From Lama glama (taxonomy: Eukaryota), in the NCBI GenBank assembly GCA_028534125.1, contig CM052818.1, positions 47,246,001 to 47,310,000 on the forward strand: a stretch of 64,000 bases of DNA. The letters run 5' to 3'. The position numbers and the translations under genes are program-made. A model generated the notes under the pieces. That model did no database searches, had not been told where the DNA came from, and was given only the letters and a program-made list of their open reading frames with translations. Below, piece after piece: positions 25,191 to 39,083 of this stretch. Numbering within the stretch: the stretch's first letter is position 1; the number at the start of each line of letters is the position of its first letter.

Positions 25191-28100
25191 TATTTATATT
25201 ATTATCACTTTACTATCAGAAAACTTCACTCTTTCTTCTCCACGTTCATATGCAGCAGTATATTACACGCTTGATTCTAAAATGTCCAGCAGCAATAAAG
25301 TTCTGTGAGTCTGAATTCAATCTCTTTCCACCATTAACACTACTGTATTTTTTGAAATTGGAAACTGCCAAATTTTGTCTCAAACTTCTTTTTTTCCAAG
25401 TTAGAATGAACGTTTATACACTTTTTTATTGCAGGGGGATATAGTAAATGGTGTAGAGATGCTATTAAAATGTCCTGAGAGAATTATTTTTAACTTCTTT
25501 TGACATAGGTGGCAATAGCTTCTGTCTCTCGCTGAGTGTGTCTTGGAGTGTGGAGAAACGCTTATGAAGTTAGATCAAAATCAATTATAAATCACCTCTC
25601 AGGGCTGAATTGTAAGCCAAATTTTAGATGCAATTTCATTAATACACCTTCATCTCCACTCAGAACTTGGTGTTGGCCCCTCAAAATGCATTTTGGAGAG
25701 CTGGCACTAATTATAATATGGTGCTAATAGCCCTAAAAGAGGCAGAAATGACAGAAGTAAACTTGCTTTTGCTTTGCATCCAGGTCCACGGGATCCTGAG
25801 GTGTGGCTACAAATTCCCCACCCATCTGTCCAGAGCCATCATTTTGTTTTTACCTTCAGCTTCTCATTTCTCATTTAGTAATGAGCTTGGAGATTACCTT
25901 TTAATATTGGCTGAAGAACTGTCTAGCGTGTGGTCTGAGGAGAATCAGGATGATTTCAGATTTGCCTGAAGAGCAGGCGTTGCTGGGAAGTGGGGCGACT
26001 TCACTTTATTTCTAAACGCAGCAGAAGCATCCCTTCCGAGGGGCTGTTGTCCATCTGTGATGCCGGCTGGATGAGCTGGGCTCCCAGGGACTCAAGCTCC
26101 TGATGCTCTGGATTTGCCTTTGAAAGAAGCAGGGCTGGAGCTCCCCTAGCTGAACTGATGGTTACTGAGAATCGCCGCGGGGCAGGGCTCTGTGCGAGGT
26201 GCCAGGAAGCAGCCACGAGAGTGACGGGGTCCCTGGGTGCTGAGAGCTCCCGGGCTGACACGCAGACACTGCCTGACCTTCAGTCACACAGGGGTCACTT
26301 CTCATAGGCAAGGATCCCACCTGCATTAAACATGCAGACAACGTGTGGTGCCTGCACACTGGCAGCTGACAAAGCAATGAGACCAAGTTAAACCCAACGA
26401 GAACCTGATGGTCTATGTGGTGAGAAGACAAGACGCGTGAAGCCCACCTCCACACGTGTGGAGGTGCGTTCTGCCCTGTGTGGTTGACACGTGGAGAACG
26501 CGGGTCAACAGAGGTGCACTCGAACATGGCGGTGATGACTGTCCAGTAAAGTGGGAGCCAGGATGGACGGTGGTCTTCATCTGGGAAACTGGAGGAGGAG
26601 TCACAACAGACTCAGCAGGACTCACTGGTTGGCAGGATTTGGGGGAAGGATCAGTCAGGGAGACAGTGACACCCCCCCATTTGTTTTTAATACTGACTCT
26701 GTTCCATTGTTGTCAATGTAAGATATTGTCTCTGAAATATCTCTTTAAAATTTCCTGTTTATTTGTGTAATCGAAAACTTCTGCTTACACTCTTAGTGAT
26801 CTTTTCTTGGAGGTTTTTATACTTTGGCATTCTTAAATGTTAATATTCTCGTGCCTACATCTGTGTTAATGGTAATAAAAATATTACACTATGATATCTT
26901 CTACTTACTTATTAAGCCAGATCCTAACTTCCTGGAGGTCAGAGTTCAGTCCTTACATATCACCTCTCTATAGTGCCCTGCTGCTCGGTTAACATACAGC
27001 AACTTGAAGTAACAATGAGAATAATAAGTATTAGCTAGAGACAGTTGGATGAAGTTATTTTCACTAAAAACAGAGTAGATTTTAACCCACTTCGAAGTAT
27101 GACAGCCTTTAAAATGTTTTTGTCTAGGAGCAATTGTCTAGCTGTTCTTGGAAATATGACATGTTCTGCCCTGATGTGCGAATGCAGGTGGACGCAGAGA
27201 TGAGGAGAGCGGGGGCAGCGGAGGGCTGCTCAGCGTGGGAGGCTGGAGAGAGCCCACAGCGGTCACACCTCTCTCAGAAGCCCTGAGCGTAGAAGGCAGG
27301 ACGAGATGAATGACCCTGGGCAGAGGCTGAGGGGGCCACTGACGGGTTCTGTCAAGGAAGCGGGGGACAGGCTGGAGCCGGGGACGTTGGGATGGATGCT
27401 CCGCCCACCCTGGTGGCACCAAAGGAGACACAGTTGACTGTGACCTTGTGAAGTCTCTCCCAGGACATGGAGGAGAGCCCTGCTCAGCCCTCAGCGGTGG
27501 GTAAAGGAAGAGAAAACAGCAGGAGAGATTCAGAGGAGAGAGACAGAAGTTTAATGACAAAAATAAGAAGCCACATTTTTATTTTGAAAAATGTTTGGCT
27601 AGAACTGGATCAACACACTGTTAATGAGGTGGGCGGTGGGCGGCGTGTTTTTTAAGGATGACAGTATTTACCCCCTTCTTACTCCGACCAGCTCCACAGC
27701 CTGGGTGCAGTTTTCTCCTCGGTGTTGGATTAATTGCTGTCTGTCTGAGCCAATTGGGAGCTTGTGTGACATTTTCAACGTCCCCACTGAGCACCGAGAG
27801 CACGCCAACCTCGTGCTAGTCTTGGTCGAGAGTGGATCCCTGATAAACATGGTCCCATCACTATTTGATTTTTATCACGATTTATTTTTAAGTACATGAT
27901 CTGTAAGTTACACAAAGACTTTGCTTATTGTAAAACATTATGAAGGTGAATGAAAATGAAAATTAAATAAAGCAAAAAGGGAAAGAAAGAAAAAGCGTCT
28001 GTAGTTCCATCCACCCGGAGAGGTCACTGTTTGTACTTAGACAGCCTTTTTGTTGGCACGTGTATATCGTTTATTTTTAAAAAAAAATCCAGGTCATACT

Positions 28101-29709
28101 ATGTACTTGTGTGGCTTCTAAATCTGCTCTTACCACCTTCATCGTAACTCCTGGGTTTTAGCATCTTCTCAGGTTCAGCAGAGTAACTGGCACCTCGGAA
28201 GAAACAGAGGATCGACCTACACGTATCATTTCTATCAAAGGCAGACGTCAGGGAAGCCAAGACCCAAAGGCACGTCAGGCACAGGCGTGTTTGTGATTCT
28301 GTCACTGACTGTCCTGCCCCAGGGGGGATCTGCTGTCACAGAATCGGAGCTGAAGACCACTGCTCTGATCTGCACCCACAGATTTCTTTCTTTTTTCCTC
28401 TGTGTTCTCTGGGAGACTGCGCCTCTCAGACCTCTGACCACAGACAGCGCGGTGGCCCAGGGGCCCCAGCCGTGCTCGGAATCCACTGCAGCATTTGCTC
28501 CCCGCGGGCTGCTCCCGGCTGGTGTGACAGCAGCGACGCACTGGCGAGCACTGGCTGCTCAGGACCCTGGACAGTCCCACCAGGGAGCACCCAGAGACTG
28601 AAGTGCAGAATGAAGGTCGTCAGCTGGCAGGGACGGGCTGGGACTGTCTGTATAACGGGGGCAGGAGGGACCCTGGACGCCTTGGAGCTGTGAGGGGCAC
28701 TGCAGCAAGTCCACACCAACTTGGGGTGCTGGTGAAAGAGTCGGGATCTCAGAGGGGAAGATTTGGTCCCACCACCAGGTAATTCACCGAGACCCTCGGC
28801 AGAGAGAGCTGAGGGCGAAGGGGTTAGGTCGTTCCTTGGGGAAGGATGAGCACCGCGTGGACACCGGCGGTAGCTTGTCCCACGAGCCTCCTTCTTCGTA
28901 GTTTACCCTCGCTCTCCTGACAGCCTCAGATTTCCTCGTCTCTAAATGACTGAGTGCTGGGGACCTGTGACAAGGCTAAATAAGAGGAAGGTCTCCCACT
29001 TTTCCTTGAACTTCTCATCTTGGAGGGACCCCCGATGCTGGTCTCTGATGCAGGGGAGAAGGGGACCACAGTGCGCTTTCTCGAATCCCAGCAGCTTGCT
29101 GTGCGATGCTTCCCTAAACATATTCCAGAAACAAGTCTTCAGCCTGTTCCTTCTTGGGCATCCCTGGTGCCCAAGCATCGGCCCCTCCCACGGATGAGGA
29201 TATGACTTGCTCACTTTCCCAGCCCGACCCTCCCCTGTGCGGCGTGTTTCCAGAGTTTGCTGAAAGCATTCTTGTTGCCTGTCACCTGAGGACCTCCTTC
29301 TTCCCGGGATTCTATTCATGTTGGGTCTCACTTGCTGACACGGCAGAAGAGTCTTGCTTAGAAGAGTGAAACTACAGGGAAACAGATGGTGTGAACTTGC
29401 AGGTCTGTGGGTCCCTTTCCTTCCTCTGCCGCACGGAAGGATGCCCCTCTCCTGTCTCCATCCCAGCTCTCAGTCCGTGGTCCTCATCCCTCACCCAGCT
29501 CAGGGCTGCCTGACCGATGTGCTCTCCTCGCCTGCCTCCGACCACGCTCTCTTGCCTCGTTCTCAGCAGCTCTAAACATGGGCGGTAGTCTCACATGTCA
29601 CAAAACCCTCGCTCAGCTCCTCGCCCACTCTAGTTACACGCAAAGCTCGAGAAGGGCTGCCTACACTCCGCTCTTTCTCCACACAGATGCACACAGACAC
29701 ACCCGTGTA

Positions 29710-30670
29710 TACATGAGTAAAAAAGTGACAAAAGTACAAATCGATCCAGTGAAAAGTCAGTGTCTCTCTCAACAGAGGGTTCTAGCCACACAGGTCCCCT
29801 CCTAGATGAAATATTTTACATATCCTTCCAGAGCTGTGACACGTATACACAAGTATATGCACACCACACACACATACTTCACCTGTATACATGGCATTAT
29901 ATGTTACTGTTTTCATTTAAGGATATAGCTAAGACACTGCATGTGTAGACCTTCCCCATTCCTTTTCATAACTGCATAATATTCCACTGTGGGAATGAAC
30001 CACAATATACTTCACCTGTTAAGTACTGGAGGACATCTCACTTAGCCCAGTCTTCAGTTACCACAACCATGATGAAATTTATATATTATAATATATATAG
30101 AGAGAAAATTTCAAACAGTGCAATTAAATCTCAATAATAAATTTCCAAAAGTAAATTTTTGGATCAAAGATTATGTGCATTTAAAGTTGATAGACACTAT
30201 TAAATTACAAGTTTCTATCATCATTGCAATAAAAAAGGGATTTTTCTCTATACCATAACTAGCAAAATGTATTCTTAAACTTTTTACTTGCTAATGTAAT
30301 AAGCAAAAATTTATTTGCCTTTATCTTATTATAAATGAGGTTAAATTTTTTTTAAAATGCTCAAGAGTCATTTCTGTGGGTGTATGTGTGTGAGTGTGTG
30401 TGTATGTGTGTGGGGAGCATTTGTATATCTTGTTCTGTGCTCATTTTTCTATTAGGTTGTTTGTCATTTTTTAAAGTTCATTTTCGGATGTCTTTATAGT
30501 TTAAGAAAATTGGTATTTTGTTTAAATTTCCAAGTGTGTCTTTTATCTTTAACTTTGTTTAGGGTGATTTTTGTCATGAGAAATATTTTATTTTTATGTA
30601 GTCTATTTTGCCAGTCTTTTCTTTTTTTGGTTTCTGTTTTGTTCCAAATTTAAAAAGGCCTTCTCCATTA
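29710..30670 (-). mobile_element. Old L1 (L1ME-like) 3' region
   Basis: ttcataactgcataatattccactgt; tttggatcaaagattatgtgcattt; gctcatttttctattaggttgtttgtc. Confidence 0.75.
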
Positions 30671-30689
30671 TTTTGAATGGAGATTGATA

Positions 30690-31300
30690 TCATCAGATTT
30701 GAATCTTGAAAAGATAACTCTGGCTACAGTTCAGAAAACAGAGTCGGGGAGGAGACGGGCAGCACTGAACTTGAGGATAACAATTAGAAGGCAGTTGCAG
30801 ACGTCCATGTGAGAGATATTATTAGCCACGCTTATGACGGTGGCAGTGGAAGTGGAAAACATGGCTGGATGCAAGATCTATATAGGAGGCAAAATAGGCA
30901 GCTGATGAATTGGACGTAGAAGAGGAGACAGGCTTTTGTTTAGAACAAATAGAGAGTGTCATTCATTGAGCTAAGGGACCTGGGAAAGGACCAGTTTTGG
31001 TTTTTTTCTTCTTTTCTTTGTTTTCCCCTTTGGCGCAGGGGGCCAGGCGGACTTCGTGAATGTGGTTTCATGCACATCACTTTACGTGGTCTGGGGGCTT
31101 CCTGAGGTGGTTATTGAGTGCATATCTCAGACAGGTCCCCAGAAGATGGATTTTGGTTGGAGTCGAAAACTGAGAAGTCACAAAATAATCAATGTGTTTG
31201 AAGTCATGCGCATGCACGAGACTGCTCATGAAGGTGACGCAGAGTAAAAGAGATCGAGCCTCGGGGAGCCTTGAAGAACTCCAGCATTTCATGGCTGGGT
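30690..31300 (-). mobile_element. L2 LINE remnant
   Basis: tgaaaagataactctggctacag...gacggtggcagtggaagtgga...attcattgagctaagggac. Confidence 0.75.
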
Positions 31301-31849
31301 GCAAGAGGATGACTCCACTGAAATTTCTGGGTGCTAGCGAGCCCTCCATACTACGTACTGACTGGAGAGTAAGAGGTGGATGAGTCGCGAGCTGTGAGGG
31401 GGCTGCCGGCCCCATCCAGTGGGGTGGGGCACCAGGCAGGAGCCTGAGGGAGCCACATTGGAGGACCCGCTGGGCTGGGCAGCTTTGTCTACTGGGAAAC
31501 TCTGGGGCATCCCATATTTTATTCTGTACATTTTCTTTCTGCCTTTGTTACCATTTCCACATTATCAGAGGAGACTCAAAAAGACAGAGCCTTCTCGCTC
31601 TTCCCCAGGATTGACATCAAGTGTTTTCTTTCCACCTTGACCTGTTAGCAATTCCAAGATACTTCTTCAGAAAAACTATGCTTTGTTCTTCTCAGGCAAG
31701 GTGGTGGAATACATTAAAGACACAGCCTTTATACTTCCAAGTGGGGGTGCGTAACATGGGATAAAGAGTTCTTCTGCATTGCTACCTAAATGCCTGTTAC
31801 CATTTTTCTTGCTATTTGGTGTGGTGCTTTGGCAAGTCTGGATGTTAAG

Positions 31850-32030
31850 CATACCTAGATCTTGGTTGAAGCCCCAGCACTCTCTCATGCAAATGATTTT
31901 AATCTTTTAAGTCTCAATTTTAAATTCTATGAGATGGGGACGCTTATTTCCCAGGGCGAATGTAAGAAGCCAAGGGGGGAACGTGCACGCAACCCGAGCA
32001 AGGACTTACCATGGGGTCGGTGCTTAACTG
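31850..32030 (+). mobile_element. MIR SINE remnant
   Basis: gcaaatgattttaatcttttaagtctcaatttt...tatgagatgggg. Confidence 0.55.
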
Positions 32031-33714
32031 CCTCCAGGGCCCCCCTTTCCTCTCCATCACCTGCGCCCTGGATCTGCAGTACCCTTCCCCAGTCTCCTGC
32101 ACATGCATTTCTTCTTTCTTCTCTCAAGAAGCCACCCAAATCCCCTGTATTTCCATTGAAGAAACAGATTTCCCAGGTGAAATGGCACACTTACATTCTG
32201 ATTAACTTTGCCGCTGGTTTCCGCGTAACTGCAGGTGGCAGGTAGAATATTGAGAGCATGGAAAGGGACCGGAATCCATGGTCTTGACCGGCCATGCATC
32301 CAGGGTGAGGAGACAACCGTGACGAGTGTGGCTGGAACGGCGCCTGGCGACTGGGGAGGGGCACAGTCTGCACTGTGAGCCTGGAGACTGGGACCAGGGC
32401 CTCTTGGTCACTCCTGTCAGTCTGCTCACCTTGAGAGAGGTTTACACCACTCCTCCTCAATGTCACCTAAGCCACCCCATGGAGGAAAGCTTATGACATT
32501 TCTCCTCCAAAATCTGATTCATGTACATCTTGTTTCACTGACGTTTGAGCATGAGACCACACCTGATTCAAACATTCAAATTTTACAATATTTTGAGAAA
32601 GAAGAACATCTCTGTGTGGGTGAAAAAGGCCCTGGATCTTGTGCTGCATCCCAGGCTGTGACACTCACTCGCCGAGGGGGTGGGCTGTGCCAAGCGTTTG
32701 CCTTCTCTGGGCCTAAGAGTCCTCACCCTTCAAATGACAAGGGATGTGCCCTTTGAGCTGTAGGGTCCTTTCCAGTTCTGATGAGCCATGAAAGCAAAGG
32801 CCTGGAGATCCCTGTGACCTCACCAGGACTAGTACTGGTGCTCCAATCCCATGGTGGACCCAGCGCTCATATTAGTGAATTTCACATTTTTATTATTTGC
32901 ATCTCATTGTGCAACAAAGCATGCGTGATTGATAATTAATGCTGCCAGCACAGCACTCAGCTAAACGACTGTTTAGCCTAGAGTGGAATAAAACACTGCA
33001 ATGAGTAGTACAGTATCATTACGTAACAGAAATTAAAAATCTGATAATTTGATTGGAAGTCTCAGGTGAGTTTTTTGTATAAAAATGTTAACCTCAAGTA
33101 GCTGTAAGCAGGTAAATGTTTTATTCATCCCACAGATACGAAATAAATGCTTATGATATAAATTATGTATAATTAATACTCTGGGGATAAAAAAAATGTA
33201 TGCTAATAGGCTGTCAGTTAATTAAGAAAGGAATAGGAGGTAAACAAAGGTGATTATAATTTATCCTGGGACCATAAACAGAAATCATGCCTTAAATAAT
33301 CTTTGTAAAAAATACATTATACAGCAAATCCTTCGTTTTCAGCCAGAGCAGCCGCCTAATGGTTCACAGCAACTGTTCAGTGGAGAAGTTAAAGGAGGAA
33401 ACACTGGCTAAGCCTGGCCCTCTCCACCACTGGGACTCAGCTGAGGTGGTCTTTTAGGAGCAGTCCTGGTCTCTTCAGGATCATTCTCTGAAATACAGCT
33501 TTTTGGGAAGCCAGAGGCTACATTCAAAAGACAAAGGCATCCAACTAATGGAGATCTGAGAAAGCATACATCTCCTGAATGACAGTTTCACACTTCCCAG
33601 CTAGTTTGTCTTCTTTGAAACTGGGGACAGAGTCATGGCACTTGCCCCTACATGTGGCCAGAAGTCACAGTGATGGGTGGTTCAGACCAGACACCACCTG
33701 AGTGTTTCTGAGCC

Positions 33715-34400
33715 TCCTTTGTTATTCATTCCTTCAATCACTCATTCACTCAAGAAACATTTACTGACCGCCTGCTCTGTGCCAGCCATGGAGGACAAGA
33801 ACGCAGTCTGGATGGTGTCATCTTGTCTATCTCCGTCTCTTGGGTGGTGGCCCTCACTCACCTATGGGGTCTCAATATTCAGATGCAAGTATCCAGCCAA
33901 GAGCTGGATATGGAAATTTGAAGATCTGGGAGAATTCTGGAATCAAAATGAAAGTTCTTTGAGTGGTATGAGCTGAGGACTGAGGGGAGGTATCCAAAGA
34001 TCACGAACGGTCCGGCAGAGGAAAAAGAAGATCCCGGCCAGAAAGGAGGACCAACCAGCAGGTCAGAAATGTTCCTGGAGACTGAGGTGTCATAGAAACT
34101 AACAAACAGGAAGACTCAAGGAGGATGGAGTAATCCATGATGTTATTTATAAGAAGTGGGGGAGAGCTTTGGGGTGGTGAAGCAGATTTAAGAGGGGTCA
34201 GTTTAGAGGGTACTTCAGTTCAAGGGGACTACATGAAGGAGTGACAGGTGTTGTAGAGTTGAAGAGACACACTTGACAAAAATGGCTAGAAAAAGCCATT
34301 GAAGGAAGATGGGGAGGCAGTAAGGCACAGAGTGATGGCCTGTTCTCCAAGAGCATAAGGCCACCTCCTACCTCTGAGGCAGAAGAGAAAGTGATAAGGA
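33715..34400 (-). mobile_element. L2 LINE remnants
   Basis: attcattccttcaatcactcattcactcaagaaacatttactgaccgcctgctctgtgccag tail; gagctggatatgg; ggggtggtgaagcagattt. Confidence 0.65.
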
Positions 34401-34482
34401 AGATAAGCAGTAAGCAGACACATGAGCAGGGGGTTAGGGATGGTCAAGTGGTCTCAAACTCTCTGAAGTCAGAGTTTAAGAC

Positions 34483-34679
34483 TAAGCATCCATCCACAGA
34501 TGACTGAATAAAGAAGTTGTGTTATATTTATATAGTGGAATACTATTCGGTGATAAAAAAAGAACAAAATAATGCCATTTGATGGACCTGGAGATCGGCA
34601 TTTTAAGTAAAGTAAGCCAGAGGGGGAAGAAGAATACCATATGATGTCATTTAAATGTGAAATCAAAAAAAAAAAAAAA
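34483..34679 (+). mobile_element. Younger L1 ORF2-end/3' UTR fragment ending in an A-run
   Basis: catccacagatgactgaataaagaagttgtg...gaatactattc...atggacctggagat...taccatatgatgtc...tcaaaaaaaaaaaa. Confidence 0.85.
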
Positions 34680-34719
34680 CACCTGGCTTACCTGTCTTTT
34701 AAGTTATAGACTTTATCTC

Positions 34720-35260
34720 ATGTGTACAGTGGTTTTAATTTGCATTTATCTGATGACTAATGAAGTTGAGCACCTTACAACGTGTTTTCTTGCTATTTAG
34801 ATATTCTTTTTTAAGTGCCTGTTCAAGTCTTTCTCCTATTCTGGCATGTCTATCTTTTTCTGATTGATTTGGAAAGGTTCTTTTTATGTTCTAGAAAGCC
34901 TTTTGTCAGATAGAGGACACACAGATATCTTTCCCTATTTGGTGGCTTCCTTTTCTCTTCTCTTAATGGTATCATTTGATATTCGGAGAATCTTAATTTT
35001 AATTTTGTCTTTCATGGTTAGTAAATTTTTGTACATCTTGTCTAAGGTTTGCTTCCCCAATCTGATGAAGAAGTTCTTCTGTGTTTTCTTTTAAACATTT
35101 ATTATTATTATTTTACTTTTCACACTTAGATCTACAATTGTCTGGATTTGATTTTTATGCATGGTGTGATGTAGGGGGTCAAGATTTATTTCTACTATCT
35201 CCCCCGTGGATATCCAGTTGACCCAGCACCATTTATTGAGAAGATGACTCTCCTTTTCTC
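34720..35260 (-). mobile_element. Old L1 ORF2 remnant
   Basis: gtggttttaatttgcatttatctgatgactaatgaagttgagcac...ggatatccagttgacccagcaccatttattga. Confidence 0.85.
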
Positions 35261-37851
35261 GCAAGGCTTTAACACAAGAAATGAAACCTAACAAAACATT
35301 TGGAAGGGCAGAGGGAACAAATGACAGTGAAACCATTGCCAGAGGCAGCACTAGCACAGGAGATGTGCAGGAGATTGCCTGAGAGCCGCTGAGAAAGTCA
35401 CACCCACTTTTCACCTATACTTTTACTTAGGAGTCAGGCTAGGCTGTCACCGCTACTAGAGAATCCTGACTCCTCCTCTCTCACTGTCATACTCGCCTGG
35501 AAGCTGATGGGAAAAGGGAAATGTCACACTAGGATTCATCCTTGGCATGTAGAGAAGACTGCAGAGGAGGCTGGTGATGATGCCAAGTTGGAATCCAGTT
35601 CAGCATCGTCACTTAATGTTTTGGTGCTTCAGATGAGGAAGTTAAATTTGAAGTCAGATTACAGGCATCTAAGGACTTCTGAGCTCTAACATTTATTAAA
35701 AGCACTGGATATTAGAAAAGCACCCTCAGTATATTTTGTTCATTCATTCAGGTAGGTACCAGGCTAAAAATATAAGTAATCAAAGAAGGGAGTCTCCCAT
35801 CATTAGTGGCACTTCCAACACCACTGAAATAAGGGTAAGCAAACATGATTCAGCAGGGTGAAATAGTGGCTGCGGCAGTAAATATACAAAGCAGGGCAGA
35901 GCACAGGCCAAGGAGCAGCTCGGTCATCCTGTGGGTGGCTCCTGCTGTGACCCTGGAAGGCTGGGTGGGATCCTGCCTGGAGGAACAGGGCAGGAATTGG
36001 GAGCCTTGAGGAAAGAGCAGCAGGTGCATTCAGGGACGCCATGATATTACCTGCGAAAGATGTAAACTCAAGCTTTGTTTCCTTTTATCTTGAATTCTTT
36101 GAGGAAAACCACAGGTGTCTTCAAGGAGACAGATGGAAGTTGTAATCTGTTTTGTGTAACAGACGCATTAGGCAGTGTTTGTGTGGCTCTGGGCAAGTTA
36201 CTCCTTTGTGCTGCGATCTTTTCTCTCCGTAAGAATCTCCAGTATTCTCCATCCTCTGTGCTCCTTTGTGATGACACCCCCCCAACAGATTACTAGGTGG
36301 ATTTTAGTGGCGTCCACATTGGCCTTATCTTCTTTGTAAGTGTCTCTCCAGAATCCTTGGGGAGTGGGGTGCAGTGGGGCAGAAAGGGAAGAATGAGCTC
36401 AGGGTGGGTGTCAGTCAATCATGGCGCCTTTCAGTGATCTCACATGGGTTGCAAAGTGTTGAATCACGAGGAGGCTGGAAAAGGGCCTGCTCCTCATGAG
36501 GTCTGGTTAATATTAGGAATTATTGCTTCAAACGCTGCAGGTGTGGATCGATCTCTTTCAGTCCCAGTAAATGGGGCTGCGGCTGCCTTTGACAGCCTCA
36601 AAGCTGCACAGTGCTCAGGCCCCAGGGCAGACAATGATGCGGAGGAGTTGCTGATTTTAGGATAGAAAATTACAATGCTTATATAGTAAACAGCACCTGG
36701 AAGTTTACTAATGATTTTTACAATTAACAGCAGCAGTGTGGTCTGATTATTCATGCACGCTTTCTGTGAAAGAAAAGAAAGGAAGCAGATGTTGAAAAAA
36801 GTCACATGGCTTGGATTTTCTGGGGAGGGGGCAGAGGGTAGTGAAAGAAGAGGATGGAAGGGCACGAGCAACAGGAAGGAAAGAGTATGAGGTAGAGATT
36901 GCTTCCTGTTGTTTTCCTTGGGGTATCAGATGCAAATCGCCCTCTTTCAAGTCTGTAAAATAACCTTCAGACATGTGTGATATAATGACCCTTTTCTACA
37001 TTACTTGTATTTAAAACCCTATATATTTGACAGTGGTTGGGCAGATTTATAGGAGATTTAAGTGTCCAATAGAAATAAAATATGATTCGGTATCTTTCTA
37101 TTTCCATGCTGAGTTGCAGGATGCTGGCTGAATTCTTCTAAATCCGCCAGGTGGGCTCATGGTTAATTTTAGAGGTCTCCTATTTTCAACCAGGAAACCA
37201 TCTGTATTATATTTTAAAGCTCAATGACTGATTCCATTTTTTCTTCACCCATCACTGATCAATTTTTTTTAATCCCTTGCTCAGCCTATGGTAAATTCCA
37301 TTTCCTTTATCTGTTCTATTTACTTTATATATTGGAAAGATGATGTGATGATATTAAATAATATTCTGCAGAATTAAATATTCTCTTATCTCAGTACATA
37401 CATGCAACCAATAATTTCATTTTTCATGATTTTATCCTGGCCCTTGTCTATACAGACTCCTTTTGTACAGTTACAATAATAGGAAAAATGTTATTTTGGA
37501 TTTTTGCCTTTATTTAAAATTTTAAAATACGTGGAAATGTTTCTGTTTCCTCATGGAAAATTTCAATTTTTTCATATATAACAATTAACCAATTATTGAT
37601 AGGAAATTTTCTATTATTTTAGGCTACACTGTAGTGGATGCATTTGAGTAGATTTCTGCTTCTGTTAAATTTTCCTTTAGAGAAGATTCCAAATGATGTA
37701 ATCACCTGGTTACGGTAGGGCTCAGATTCTGGCTACTCTGTTGGACTGGAAAGTGTCCTCGGTGGATGCATGTTCACCACAGACGCATCAATATTGGAGT
37801 GACTGTGTGTGTATATTGCATTTTTCTGTCTATAAGCTAGTATCATAAGGT

Positions 37852-38425
37852 GTTTTTTTTAAATTACAGTACAGTCAATTACAACCTGTCAATTTCTGGT
37901 GTGGAGCACAATGTCCCTTTCATGCATATACATACATATATTCATTTTCATTTTTTTTCATTAAAGGTTATTACAAGATATTGAACATAGTTCCCTGTGC
38001 TATACAGAAGAAACTTTTTAAAAATCTGTTTTTATATATAGTGGCTAACATCTCAAACTCTCAAATTTATCCCTTCCCACACCCTTTCCCTGGTGACCAT
38101 AAGATTGTTTATTGTGTCTGCAAGTCTGTCTCCATTTTATAGATGAGTTCATAGTATCCCTTTTTTTTTTTAGATTCCACATATGAGTGGTATCATATGG
38201 TATTTTTCTTTCTCTTTCTGACTTACTTCACTTAGAATGACAATCCCTAGATCCATCCATGTTGCTGTAAATGGCATTCTTTTATTCTTTTTTATGGCTG
38301 AATAGTATTTCATTGTATAAATATACCACAACTTCTTTATTCAGTCATCTGTTGATGGACATTTAGGTTGCCTCCATGTCTTGGCTATCATATATAGTGC
38401 TGCTATGAACATTGGGGTGCATGTA
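37852..38425 (-). mobile_element. Camelid-type L1 3' end, 5'-truncated
   Basis: ggttattacaagatattgaacatagttccctgtgctatacag...tagattccacatatgagt...gttgatggacatttaggttgcctccatgtcttggcta; little divergence. Confidence 0.9.
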
Positions 38426-38984
38426 TATTAGGTAGTTTTGATTTGAGTATCACTGATTATTGGCCAAGAAGTTTTGTTTTTAATTCTTGAGTTTTCTTTT
38501 ATATGCCAAAGGACCTTTCCTTTATTCTCATTTATCCACTACCAGAATCTTAACATTTCATTTAAAATTTTCAATAGACAATAATCTTCATGAGGGCAGG
38601 GATATATACATATTTTTTTTATTTTTTTCTACTAATGCTTAAAATTATACTTGGCACAAAAATGGTGCCAAAAATGCTTGTTGAATGACTGAATAGCACA
38701 CTTATACATGAAATCCTTACCAATTCCTAGATATTTGGGAATGAAATGGTTAATCTCTAAAACAATCCTGTCTGCAATAGGCTTAGAAATTACCTAACTA
38801 CAAATTTTTAAATGCTACCATTGATTATTCTGTTTTTACTAAATTAGCTTTCATAACATTTTAACAATTACTTTCATTAAGTACACTAAAGTATAGTTTC
38901 AAAATTTCAAACATTTTGATCCCTGATCCCCTAAGATTTTGGTTCTATACTCAAGAAGGATCATAAAACTGTTGACTGGGCTTG

Positions 38985-39083
38985 CCCTCCCTCCCTTCTC
39001 TCCCCTTCCTCCCTCCCTCCCTCCCTCCCTTCCTTCCTTCCTTCCTTCCTACCTTCTTCCCTCCCTCCTTCCTTCTTTCTCTC
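38985..39083 (+). repeat. (CCCT/CCTT)n polypyrimidine simple repeat
   Basis: About 100 nt of almost pure C/T. Confidence 0.95.
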
